64,000 nt of DNA from Antedon mediterranea. Its lineage: Eukaryota > Animalia > Echinodermata. Below are positions 11,544 through 24,026 of the stretch, piece after piece. A program made the position numbers and the translations under genes. A model generated the notes under the pieces. That model was not told the origin of the DNA. It did not search any database and was given only the letters and a program-made list of their open reading frames with translations. Location: assembly GCF_964355755.1 (NCBI RefSeq), contig NC_092670.1, forward strand, positions 3,958,201 to 4,022,200, in the 5' to 3' direction. Every line of letters starts with the position of its first letter. The stretch's first letter is position 1.

Positions 11544-13351
11544 CAGAGCCATATAGAGAGAGTTACGGCATTGAATGGATTAGAAGCCGTGTTTGTATCC
11601 AACTATTCCTATGTAGGGACCGGGTATAGAGTTGAGTCTTTTGTTTTGAAAATATATAACGTTCAAAAGGCTTTAATTATCGAATTTAATATCAAAACAA
11701 TCAATTTGATTAAAGGTTTTTGTTAAAATAATAAAAAATTATAAAGTTACTGCGAACATGATTTAAAACAACAAAAATAGCAATTTCGGAACGGCTCTGG
11801 TTGTGCGCTCCATGCACGCTCTACGCGTGCGCGTTTATAGTCCAGTGGCCGTATTCACCAATCACACTTAAGTGAGATATTTCCATTAAATCCTAAGAAT
11901 TTCCCTTAAATCAAGAAAATATTAAGGGTTTCACTTAAGTGGTATTCACAAAGGGGTTAAGGTTAATGGAAACCCTTAACTTGGTCTATTTTCCCCTTAA
12001 CTTTTAAGGGACCTCAAAGGTCCCTTAAAAGTTCCCTTAACTATTCAGTACCTTGGTTGTGCTGAAGATTCTGTGTGTGCGAGTACTATGCCCAGTTGTA
12101 GATAGCCCCAGTCTAGGCTAGGTAGAGATGCTAGGCTAAGGCTAGTTGGTCTGCCCACTAACTGGCCTAGGATTCATGTTTAGTTTAAGTAGCATCTAGA
12201 CCATTTTTGCTGATCCCCACCATACAAATTAGTCTATGCCTATATATTCATTTATTTTTTTTTTTTGACTGCCATTATTTTCGTGGAAGATGGCTTCCCA
12301 TTTCGTTGTAATAGAAATTAGCCCCATTCTAGTAGGCTAGGTAGAGATGCTAGGCCCCCTGTTGGTCTGCCCAGTAACCAGCCTAGGATGCATATGCCTC
12401 AATACAGACAGGTTTATGACTACACAGAATGTTGGTTTGTTAGTAGCATCTAGGCTAGACCTAATTTACTTGATCCTCATACAAATTCGTCTAGGTCTAA
12501 TATTCATTTACTTTTTGTTTTGACTGCCATTTTCTTTTTATTGATGATCATCGTCCATACACTATTTTCTCTTCATCCTCGCCCCCGTCCCCCAACCCCT
12601 TACTCTTTTTAAAATATGCAAATTAGTTTTAGAGAGGAAAGTGATTGGACCATAGGGGAATTAAATCCTCTGTGATTGGACAATGGGACAACTCATGAAT
12701 ATTTATGATTATTTTTAACCTTAAGTTTTACCCTTAAATTAAGTGTTTTCCTTAGGTAAGTGAATCCCTTAACTCATTTGTGAATACCCCTTAAGTGTTT
12801 CCCTTTGTTAAGGGAATTCTTAAATTTTAAGGGTAAGTATTTCCCTTAGCCTAAGTGAGATTGGTGAATACGGCCACAGATCCTTATGTATTTTCGTGTG
12901 CAGATCATGGGGAAAGTGTAAACATTGTGTTTTATGAATATTTGAATCATGCTGGTTATAAAAACCCATGTTGTCAAATTTCTAAAATTCATCTTTGACC
13001 TCTGACCTCAATTTGAATGTTTTGACCCATTCAAAACAAAATGATCATATCTTTGCAACGCTTAGATTAAATGAAATAATTTTAGTGTCAAATTGTTTGG
13101 GAGATGCATATTAATGGACAAGTTTGTCCAAAAATGGCTGGAAGTATGATTTCTGGCATTGAAATTGATTGTTTTGATATTAAATTCGATATTTAAAGCC
13201 TTGTGAATGTTATACATTTTTTAAGCAAATGACTCGACTCCATAACGCTACATAGGCATAGTTGGACACAAACATGGCCGGCGTGCACCACGTGACTTTC
13301 TAAAATCCGTGAACGCAAAGTCGTAACTCTCTCTATTATTATATGGCTCTG
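11544..13351. mobile_element. CAGAG-TIR element E2 (different internal sequence from E1/E3)
   Basis: Starts CAGAGCCATATAGAGAGAGTTACG and ends CGTAACTCTCTCTATTATTATATGGCTCTG. Followed by CCTTGTGT, the reverse complement of ACACAAGG. Confidence 0.8.
11846..12876. mobile_element. Harbinger-like MITE nested in E2, TSD CAG
   Basis: TIR TGGCCGTATTCACCAATC(A/T)CACTTA with CAG on both flanks and many CCCTTAA/TTAAGGG subterminal motifs. Confidence 0.8.
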
Positions 13352-13953
13352 CCTTGTGTCAGAGCCATATATATATAAAGAGTTACGACATTGGATTAAA
13401 GTCACGTGATATGCAAATCAATTTGTGTCAAACTTGTCTCCGTTAAATGCAGAGTATAGGGTATAGGAGCAACAAAATACAACTTTTTCTTATATTTAAA
13501 AAAAAATTTTTTTGAGCATTTTATGGTGAAATATCGACGTGCACAGAAGTACTTGCGGCAAAGAATAATAGCGCGCGCGTGCACTAGTACATTATAAAGT
13601 TCGATTGATTGATTTTGGAACGAAACATCCCATAACTACGTCCTATTAATAACAATTATGTAATATTTTCAATTCATAATGCATGTTTTGATGACTAAAT
13701 AAAATAATAAAGTGTCGTGGATATATGTGTTAATATATTGAGAAGGGTATGAACAACATTACAATAATAAAGGCAAATTATTACAAATGAAATGATGAAC
13801 GAGTCTCTGAAATTTAATAACGTTGGCGGCGCAGTTGATGTCAAAAACACACAGAGAGCCATATACTGCATAAAAAGAGGGGTAAATTTGTATGTTTTTT
13901 TGCTTTGATGTATCCTGACTTGCATGTAGGCCCGAGCATTTATTTTTTTAGTC

Positions 13954-14028
<75 letters not shown>

Positions 14029-14307
14029 GGTTGAAATTTTCAGACCGTTTGGATAGAGTGCTCAATACCAAGGTAGAGCATAAATGAAATAAAATAACAG
14101 CAGAAAACTTGGTTACTTCATTGTTTTAATCACTACAAATTTGTTTCGTACGACCAGCATGTAGCTGGCCGCACTCAAACCTCACTCAAATATTAACAAA
14201 AGATGTAATTTATGTATATATGAAAAGTATGTTATTATATGTCAACCAGAGCTATGCTCACTAAACCGTACGAACGAGTTAGTCTCTACTTGTAGACACA
14301 ATATATA

Positions 14308-14760
14308 TTGTACAAGAATAAACCGATACTAGAACCATACCTTCTTTACAAAAATGACTTTAAAAGAAGTTGTTTGAAATTTAAGGCGAGATCGAACTCT
14401 CTAAACCTTGAAGGTAGGAAACAGTCATGGTCACCCACGAGTACGGGTATGTGTGCACTCTGCAATAATGACACTGAAACTATCGCACACTTTATGTTAG
14501 AATGTAATACATTTAGTAAATTAAGAGAAGAAATCTTCTACCCAATGAAATTACAATTAATGAATAACGGGTTTGAACATTATTGGAAATCTTTCTACGA
14601 AGGAACCTCTGAAATGAAATTACATTTGTTATTAGACAATTTATATAATGAAAACGTTGTTCTTGGGGAAATTTTTGACTTGGCTTGTAAAAAATACCTA
14701 CAAAGTGCCTGGGATACCAGGTTAGATATATATAAGAAATTACCAACATTACCCCAATAA
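14308..14760 (+). pseudogene. LINE ORF2 C-terminal fragment (CCHC zinc-knuckle, zf-RVT-like)
   Basis: CALCNNDTETIAHFMLEC fits C-x2-C-x8-H-x4-C, typical of non-LTR ORF2 C-termini. Followed by a T-rich, internally duplicated tract. Confidence 0.7.
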
Positions 14761-15192
14761 TTAGCCTACATTGATAAACTAGTTTATTTGCTTATCTAAC
14801 TTCAAATACATATAAACATATATTTGTGTTTATCTCGATTTTTGTAAAAATAATCATGATTATGTATTATTTATACTTTTGACCTATTGTATCGTTATAC
14901 TGTTATCCAATTGTTTTTTAGTTTTATTTTCTATGTATTTTTTTTTTTTTTTTTTTTTTCAGACATTTTAGCTTATTTAGTTTATTGATAGACCAGTTAG
15001 ATATACCAATAACTAATCATTAAACAAATAAAATCTTGTACTTGCTGTTTGCTATATCTATAATTTCAAGTACATATTATAAACATATATTTGTGCTTAT
15101 TTTGATTTATGTAGTAATTTTATCATGATTATGTATTATTTATACTGTCCACCTATTGTACCTTTATTCTGTTTTTTGTTTTTTTGTTGTTT

Positions 15193-15231
<39 letters not shown>

Positions 15232-15683
15232 TTAGGCCTACTATGTTTAAGTATTTTTTTTTTTTTTTCTGTCTGACATTTTGTAAGTAGGCCCTAATGT
15301 GTATTTACTACTGACCTATTGCATCGATTTATTGATTTGCTCGTTATACAATTGTTTTTAAGTATCTACTCAAGTGTGCAATTACTACTGTACATTTGTT
15401 TTTGTTTTTGTTTTTTTTCAATGTAAGTTAATTATGTAAGTTTACCTTTTACCTTTTATATGTTGTTGTTTATATTTGTATGGACGCACCACCGAAAGGT
15501 GTGTGCCACTGATTTGAAAGTGAGTAGGCCTACCAATAAATACTGAATAGACATAGGAAAAAATTCTTACTAAATTGCAGATCCAAACAGTTTATCTAAA
15601 ACAATAGGCTATTGTATACGACTTCCTGATGACTCACTTTTATTAAGCACTATGAAACAACTGTGTTACTTATGTTTTATATT

Positions 15684-15739
15684 TCACCTGAAGAGTGCGG
15701 CCAGCTACATGCTGGTCGTACGAAACAAATTTGTAGTGA
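15684..15739 (+). ncRNA. Minimal type I hammerhead ribozyme
   Basis: Stem I tcac/gtga; core CTGAAGA (15688-15694); stem II gtgcggccagc-tacat-gctggtcgtac; GAAA (15722-15725); palindromic caaatttg as stem III; UH = TA at 15734-15735. Confidence 0.85.
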
Positions 15740-15772
15740 TTAAAACAATGAAGTAACCAAGTTTTCTGCTGT

Positions 15773-15829
<57 letters not shown>

Positions 15830-15866
15830 ACAAAATCAATACCATTAATAATATTAATTACTAAAA

Positions 15867-17255
15867 CTAGATGGTTCTCGAATACATAATAATTTCAGCG
15901 TTAAAGAACTGGCGATTTCAAATGTACGTATCGCAGGACAATAATACATGTCGTTTACAGGAACGAATAAATAGACACTGTGATTTATGTACTCAACTAA
16001 AATTAGCACCCTGGGAATTACTTCCGAAAGAGAAACTTGTCACAAAATGAGACAAATTGTTTAAGTCAAATTTAAACAAACTTAATTTGTGTATTGTATG
16101 TAACATTAGGGTTGAGGGATGGGGAAGAGGATGGGTGCAAAGAAGAACAATTTTTAAATATATTCTTTATCCATTTAGTAACGAAATATTAATTGTTTTC
16201 ATGTTTTACAAATAATATACCACTATAGGCCTATACAGTAAAACATTGCGATTTAATACTTTGTTGAAACTACCACCGTCGATTGAAATAGTATAGTACA
16301 TGTAACGATACATCACTACGACGTGTATATGTTTATATAATTTAAAACAATTTGTGAAAACCACCTCTATTCGGGCAAAATCATAAATTCGATTTAATGG
16401 TCAATACATTTTAAATTATCTAACTCAACTTAATTAGTAGGCATAATGGTTTTCAATTGTTTTTAGAGCCAATTCATACTTAAGTTGGTTCCTACCCTAC
16501 CCTCTGAAGTTGTTCTGCGTTTACTGGTTTTACAACGCTACTCATGCCAGTGAGGGAAGGGTGGTGATGTGGGTGGTTTAACTGCAATAATAAAGATGTG
16601 TACATAATATACGGCGAGTGAAAACGCTAGCTCATTATCTGTTTAAAAAAAATGTATATCCAACCTCTGCAGCACAGATTGAAATGGTTGGGTTGGTTGA
16701 AAAGAAAATGGATCGAATTTCTGTTATGAGTATACAGTACTTGCCTTTACGACGCCTGAGGGAATAGACACTTGTGGAACAGAGATTGGAATGTTCCATT
16801 CATCGCAAATCAATACATTTGTATAAACGTATATTAAATCTATCAAAATAGTATTTTTTAAAGAAAATCGGCCTGTCTTCAACATTATGATGCTGTACTC
16901 GAGCTGTTCAACCGGTTTTCAGCCATTAAAAACAATTATCGTAGGAGGCCTAGAGATAGGAAAATGCGAAGCATCCTCGTATTATCGTCTGCGGGTATTT
17001 TTCAAGACGGACATCCATTAGACAGTGTATACCACGATCGAAAAACACCCCTATTTGGGGCAAATCGTTGAACCTAAATTCGTTTTAATCTTCAATAACT
17101 AATTATCGAACTCAATTTAATTAGTAAACAGGGTTACATCAGGTGGTTAAAATCAGTACCGAAAGTACGAACCAACTTTACATACCATCGAGTAAACATT
17201 CTAGAAATAACGCGCGTTTTACCGAATTTTGCCCTTACGTAAATTTATATATAGA
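15867..17255 (-). mobile_element. Non-autonomous Helitron-like insertion in E3
   Basis: Absent from E1. On the - strand it reads A|TCTATATATAAA...CTAG|T with no TSD, matching Helitron 5'-TC/CTAG-3' ends. The subterminal hairpin is weak. Confidence 0.55.
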
Positions 17256-17429
17256 TAAAAACGGAATATAAGCGTTATTTCATAGACAACAAAATCTAAT
17301 AATAATGCATGAACTACAGGAAAACGCTATACAAAATAAACGCGCGCGCACTCAGCGTGCAAATTCTTTGACACAAAAATGGCTTCTAATTTTCAATTAC
17401 GTAACTCTTTATATATATGGCTCTGACAC

Positions 17430-18476
17430 AAGGAAGTCTTTAAAACGAGACACTTTTGCTTAGTGTTCCAGAAAGTAGAGTATTAGAACTGTAACTGTTT
17501 ATGAATTGCTATGTATATCTATGAATATGACTATTTGTCGTATGAATATTAATGAATTAATATATTCTGTATATTTTATATTCATTTTTAACTTGTATTA
17601 AGTTGTATGTTACAGGGATTGCGGACACAAATGTGTTATGGCGCTCTGTTGCTGTCGCAATCCCTGGACCGCTTGTTGTCGAATAAAGAAATGAAAAAAA
17701 ATGAAAAAATGAAATGAAATATTGTATATGATATATATTATACATAATAAGAACAGGCACTTGAATATATTCCATTTGTTGAGGGCTAAGTATTTGAGCA
17801 AAGCGAAAACTTGAACACATAACTGTCATTCAACAAGTATTGTTCTTAAGACGACTTAAAAATACTATGCCATTGTTTTGTAAATAGAACAACACTAACC
17901 TAACTGTAAAGAAATTTCCATCTTTCTGTGTCCAATCATGGTCATTACATCCATAAACCAGAATGGTGCAGCAATACACTGCAAGACAAATGCATATTAT
18001 TTATAAAACATTGGTGGCTTATAACAAATTCAAATATGGTCCCAGAAAGTGACGCTTTTTCCGCAAGACAAAAATACAACAAGATGTGCTTTACAAACAG
18101 CTCAGGTCATGATATTGTCAACGCTACAGAACTCCATAATGGCACATTGTAATAATATCATAGTGTGAATATAATACAATGCAATATAATAGTTCAATAG
18201 AAAATAAATGAATTAGTTTACCATTGTAATGTTTTGTTGAATCCAATTGCCATGACATTGCAATAAGTGCTCTGCTGCTGGACTATGTCTCTGAAAGATT
18301 CAAACGATTAAACTGAAAATGGAATGTAATGTAATTAAAGAAAGTTCAAGACAATGTGATGAAATATGGAAAGGCTTAGATTTTAAAATTAACATTATCT
18401 TCCTCTTGTCTGCTTCGTAATTTATCAATGGGTTTCTTCCTCATCATCTATTTTCTTATTTCTCTAGCATCGTCTG
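17430..18476 (-). pseudogene. Degenerate multi-exon antisense partner gene (unit upstream of T1); a further exon is split across about 1570-1640 and 4560-4608
   Basis: AG/GT-bounded blocks recur in every unit, e.g. tttcag|RHSPAAEHLLQCHGN...|gtaaact and ttgcag|YCCTILVYGCNDHDWTQKDGNFFTVR|gttagt. Stops and frameshifts are present. Confidence 0.55.
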
Positions 18477-18731
18477 AAAGGGAAAAAAAGAAAATTAATT
18501 CAGCGTTAAAAGTATAATTATTACAATTTCAAAAAGCATTGAGGCATAAATTATAAAAATATTAGCACCCATCTACATAATATTCTGTATTTTAGTTCCT
18601 GCACTGGCGTTTGTTCTCTAAACATTATAAAGTACAATACTGTTTACCAAAACATAAAATATCCAATACTAAAGTAACGAATAGTTTGTATTGAAGTTTG
18701 ATGTTCTACATCACTGATTTTGAAATCGTAA

Positions 18732-18966
18732 TGACGTGACGATTTGGAATACAAACAGCTCAATAATGATCACACGTACGTACACACAAACAACGAGGAA
18801 AACCAGCTTTTGTTTCATTACTGGAAAACATATTAACTTCTGAAAGCTCGCCAACACCAAAGGTATTTACATTTTATATATTAAATGATTGCTTAAAAAT
18901 ATTCTCTTTAAAATAGGATTGTTACATAAATATTGTATACTCCATGACAAGTGATCGGAAAACCCC
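18732..18966. promoter_or_regulatory. Conserved promoter/intron-1 motifs of T1: TGACGTGA (18732-18739), 5'-UTR splice donor (GT 18863), kB-like GGAAAACCCC (18957-18966)
   Basis: The same motifs occur in the same order upstream of T3, T4 and T5. GGAAAACCCC is the reverse complement of GGGGTTTTCC, which fits GGGRNNYYCC. Confidence 0.5.
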
Positions 18967-19256
18967 ATATGGGTGTGTACAGATATAGGACTTTTAAAAA
19001 TCAATAAACTTCAATAATGCAATAATGTCTATTCAGTATGTGTCCTCCGTATCATGTGTTGCACTGTTTCCACTTTGTAACTAATTGAAGGACTCTTTGG
19101 CATTTTAATTTGCTTTCATATTCATAACAGTATTCAATGATAGAAAACCATTATTACAGAGCAATTCTATTATATATGTGACTTCTTAGTCATTGTTTAA
19201 TACACCAGAGAAGGATAACATGGAGTTTTAATATCTTGCAGGTTAACGGCTTTAAA

Positions 19257-21361
19257 AGGCTACAAGCAAATTAAAGCAGTTTTTTCAAGATGTAGATGAA
19301 AACTTAGTATGCGCCATTTGCCAGGAAAGATTTCAACATCCCAAAAGTCTTCAATGCCTACATAGCTTTTGTTTGTCATGTTTAGAGAACTGGGTAAAAG
19401 CAAATAATGGCAAACTAACATGTCCAATTTGTTGCCTATCATATCCTATTCCAGATGGCGGACTTAAGAAGCTTCCACCAAATACATTTCTAAATAACAT
19501 GTTAGAAAACATTGAAAAGTTTCAGATGAAAGGTAACATAACATGCATTTGTGGAACAAAAGAACAGGCAACACATTAAAAGAATGCAGACATTACTTGT
19601 GTTTTGCATGTAGTAAACATCACAAAATGTTGCCAATAACAGCAAGTCATAAGCTACTTGCTGCAGAGGAAATGCAATCAATGACGCCACAACAACTTGT
19701 AGCATTAAACCCGCCGTTGTGTTCTACTCACAACAAACCACTAGAGCTATACTGTACAAAATGTAAAGAACCAATTTGCATCCACTGTGCAGTAACAGAA
19801 CATCAATCAATGGACCATCATAAAACAATAGACATTGAGAAAGCATTTACATTTAAAAAAAAATCTGCACAACAACTGAAATCTGCAGCCAATCATTACA
19901 ATGATAAACTAGAAAATGGACTCAAGGAGCTCACAGAGATTGCTGAAAAACTAAAAGAAAGTAAAGAAACAACTATCAAAGATATTAAAAATCAAGTTCA
20001 AGAAACAATACAAATAATCCAGAAAAAAGGAGATGAAATGATAAAAAAAAGTTGACACAATTTATGAAAATGAAAAGAAAATAAATTATGTAGAAATGAA
20101 GAAATTAAGGTTAATCACCACTGAACTAAATACAAATGTGAGTTTTCTTAATCAGTTAATAAAGAGTGAACCAGCAACTGCTATGATGTCAAGTGAAATT
20201 GCATTGAATACACTGAAAGAGCAAATGAATAATTCTGAAGAAATCAAACAAAATGGCAATGGACAAATTAACTTCTTTGGAAAAAATCAAATTGATTTGT
20301 TAGACCAACATGGCATTGGAATTGTAACTCAGATTAATGTAAAGGCACCTGAACATGTCATCCAAGGTGAAACAATTGTTGCAAAAATAAGACAAAAACA
20401 TCAAATTGGTCCAAATCAACTTACAGCAACATGGACACATGCAACAGGAGAAAACAACATTGATCTTGTTAAAGAAGATAATGAGTATGTTATAAGAGGA
20501 GTATGTGAAACTCCAGGAGTTTGTATATTAATTGTGTATTTCAATGGAAGCCCGATCAAACAATCACCATTTACTATCAAAATAGAAAAGAAAAGACTGG
20601 TAAATGATTACAAATTTGATAAAAAGCCTACAGGAGTAGTAAAGTGTGATGATTGCTTGCTGGTTTCATTTTGCACAAATGAAATTCACAAGTACAAACA
20701 ATCAGGAGAACGCATCAGCACGATTACACTACCAGAAGATTTGAACGTTTACAGAATGTACAAAATGAATAACAACAACATAGCATTCAGTGATGTAAAC
20801 TGCATTCAAGTATGTGATATGAAAGGTCATGTGATCAAATCCATTGGAAAAGATGTATTGACAGATCCAGGTGGTATTCACATAGATGAGGCAACAAATG
20901 TTATTTATGTAGCACAATTAAACACTGAATGTGTGTTCATGTTTGACATCAATAGTGGTAAAGAGCTGATGAAGATGGGATCACAAGAAAAGGTGAAATA
21001 TGGATACTTTGATGCAACACTTACACAAACTGGAAAAGTGGTTGTAGCAGATTGGGGAAATAGTCAAATTGTATTATATGATAATGAAGACAAGTCTTTT
21101 AAAGTAATTATCAATGAAGGTGATAAAGATGGCATGGTGATGTATCCACAAGGAGTTGTAGTTGATGAGGATGACAACATCATTGTAGCAAGTCACCACA
21201 AAATACAACTATTCAGTAGTGATGGACATTTTATCAAAAGAATTGATCAGAAAAAAGATAGAATTAATGGTCCATTTCAGTTGTGTATTATTTCATCAAA
21301 CTCACGTAGAATTGCTGTAACTAATTATGAAGACAGCAAAATTAAAATATTTAACTACTAA
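19257..21361 (+). pseudogene. TRIM-NHL paralog T1, full length but disrupted
   Basis: Start codon lost (aaaaggct vs aaaATGgct), 4-nt deletion at about 19578, and +1 A in a homopolymer at about 20050. ORF pieces 19373-19579, 19543-20055 and 20096-21361 cover RING to NHL. Confidence 0.9.
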
Positions 21362-21849
21362 GGTGGCCCACAATTAAATGACATTAATGAATTATTAATT
21401 TAATAATGGGACTTTTACCTAAACATCATTAACATAAAGACAAATATTTTTCTGCAAATATTTCTTATACATTTTTTAGATATAGAATATTTTTAAGTAC
21501 ACAGAACATGGTATTTACTAAGAAATCAAGTTTAGATTTGTTGAATTCTTTCAACATCAAAAGTAAGAAATGAACAGACTGAACTTTCCATAAACGTTAT
21601 TAAAGATCAGAAAATAGTTAATTAGATCACAAAGAAATAGTATAGTTACGCTGTTATTGCATCGTTTTAGATACAACCTTTAAGAAATGACTTTGTCTTT
21701 CTTGGAATTAAATGAATTTATCCAGTAATAAAAGAAATGTCTGAGATTATAGTAACTGTAAGATAGATATTGTACATATTAAGGTGTGAGTTAGCCAATA
21801 CAAAGGACCAGAAAAGTAGAAAATAAATGGTTTTATAAGCTTACCAATA

Positions 21850-22452
21850 ATATTTGTTGACCCTGATTGCGCAAGACCCAGATGCTATGACTCTATAGTT
21901 ACACAACATTGCTAAAAGTGCTCCGTCTGCTGGACTATGTCACTGAAAGATTGAAATTCTTTAAAAAGCTGATAAAGAACTTAATGTAACAAAGTATGAG
22001 TACAAAACAATATGATGAAACCATGGAAAGATCCAATTTACCATTTTACATATTATCTCAACCACATAGTGTACTTACTCTATATCTGCAATGAAAACAA
22101 GATGTGTAAACACAATAAACAAAGACATTATTTGTACATCCTATCAACAAAATCAACAGTATTATCTCAAAAACTTTTGCATGGAAAAAAGTCTTAAATG
22201 TAGTATTTTGCACAGTATATTTATTGAACATGGTATTTGCAAAAAAAAATTACAAAATTAATTATTTCTGTAACTTGTCAAACAATAATTTGATCAAGTT
22301 CAATTTTTTTTTTCAAACTGTCAAGACATTTCCTTAGATATCTTTCTGGATAAAGTTTGTAAAGTGTGCAATATCTTCCTCTTATTGGCTTCGTAATTTA
22401 TAAATTGTTTTCTTCCTCATCATCTGTTTGCTTATTTCTCTAGCATGGTGTG
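21850..22452 (-). pseudogene. Heavily deleted antisense partner remnant (unit of T2)
   Basis: Contains homologs of the 'agacatagtccagcag' exon (about 21915-21945) and the 'HAREISKQMMRKKT' exon (about 22340-22450). Confidence 0.45.
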
Positions 22453-22619
22453 AATTTAGAATTAACAAAGGTTAGTTAAGTAGAAAAGCCTTGAAGCATG
22501 AATGAAATTTATTATTTACACCTGCCTAAATAACATTTTTAGTACTCCAGTTCCTGCTGGTCTCTATTGATCAAAAACATTGTAAAGTACAATACTGTAC
22601 CTACAAAAATACTGTATTG

Positions 22620-23105
22620 ATTCACATAGATGAGAAAAGAAATGTTCTTTATGTAGCAGAATGGAACACTGAATGTGTGTTTGTGTTTGACATCAATAGT
22701 GGTAAGAAATTGATGAAGATGGGATCACAAGAAAAAGTAGAATATGGATACTATGATGTAACACTTACAAAAACTGGGAAAGTGGTTGTAGCAGATTGTG
22801 AAAATGATCAAATTGTATTATACAATAATGAAGACAAGTCATTTAAAGTACTTATCAAAACAGGTGATGAAGATGGCATGGTGATGGATCCATGTGGGAT
22901 TGTAGTTGATGAAGATGACAACATCATCATATCAAGTGCACACAAGCTACAACTATTCAGCAGTGATGGACAAGTTATCAAAATGATTGATCAGGAACAA
23001 GATGGACTTAATAATCCAAATCAGTTATGCATTATTTCATATCACCCACGTAGAATTGCTGTAGCTAATTACAATGGCAGCAACATTAAAATATTCAATT
23101 ATTAA
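22620..23105 (+). pseudogene. TRIM-NHL paralog T2, NHL C-terminal fragment only
   Basis: Upstream-type sequence (gtacaatactgtacctac...actgtatt) is fused directly to IHIDE...KIFNY*. The promoter motifs, intron and roughly the 5' three quarters of the CDS are deleted. Confidence 0.85.
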
Positions 23106-24026
23106 GTTCTAAAAACTGCACATAATATTTTTGTTAAAATGTAAAATGTTATTCATTGACTAAAAATATAATATTTAATATTAACAATTACTCTTAATAA
23201 AATGTTTATAATAATAATAATAATAATAATTAGATTCAGCTAATTCAGTAATACATCAACATTTTTTGATCGTATTTTAACGTATGTGCATCATTTTTAA
23301 AACATTGAAATAAATTATAAAATGATCACGTGTAATTTTTCAAAGTGACGAATTAAAGTCTAGTTTTAGATTAAATAACTATATTTATTATTATTATTAT
23401 TAAATTAATTTTTAAGTCTAATTATTAATAATACATTTTTGAATTAATGCATTGTTTTAGAATTTAGAAATGAAAATAGAACTTCAAAGTAAAACAGAAT
23501 GAACTGCCCAGCAATTTTACTGAAATTCAAATATAGCTAGATTAGATGTATAGATATATTGTTATCGCATCAGATAGATACAACCTTTATGATTTTGTTT
23601 TTCTTTTCAAATGTACAAACTTAATTTTAGTTTCTAATTTTATCATTGTCTTTTTCCTGTTAAAATTAGGATATTTTAACATAGATTTACGTGTAGCTGT
23701 AATGTTGCTTATGTATACTAGACTGTAATTGGCATATTTGTGTATTTTGTTTTTGGTGGAATAAATAAACCAATAATACAGAATTGCTATTACAAGGTTT
23801 GTGTTTACATTTTAAGTTCTAGATTGGTTTTCTTACAGAAGCTGGATACAAGTGAACTGAGTGTTTAAAAAGCAGGAAACTCCCACAATAATTTACTTTT
23901 TTCCAAGTAACATAACCTGGTATTTGAGGAAACCTCCAACTAGGCCTACTAATACTTTAATTCAACTGGAATTTTTAGCCTTGTTTCATAATGCACCTTA
24001 GCCACATCCAGCACCTTATTATGTCT

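Larger units (their letters stand above)
14025..15780. mobile_element. Penelope-like remnant inserted in a (TA)n tract, with an 88-bp inverted repeat
   Basis: Flanked by (TA)n at about 13960-14024 and 15779-15826. 14089-14176 is the exact reverse complement of 15693-15780, which overlaps a hammerhead motif. No PLE ORF is seen. Confidence 0.6.
13360..17425. mobile_element. CAGAG-TIR element E3 (same family as E1), with nested insertions
   Basis: Colinear with E1 once inserts are removed. TIRs are intact; followed by ACACAAGG at 17426-17433 and the host sequence aagtctttaaaacgagac. Confidence 0.85.

Noticed and set aside
13905-14087. ORFs with IYIYIY or THTHTH runs (also 29671-29853)
   Set aside because: They are translations of (TA)n and (GT)n microsatellites.
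17928-18152. 74-aa + strand ORF in the spacer
   Set aside because: It is not preserved in paralogous units, and splice signals point to the - strand.
20041-20052. A-run frameshift in T1 as programmed slippage
   Set aside because: T1 has two other independent lesions, so a homopolymer mutation or sequencing error is simpler.
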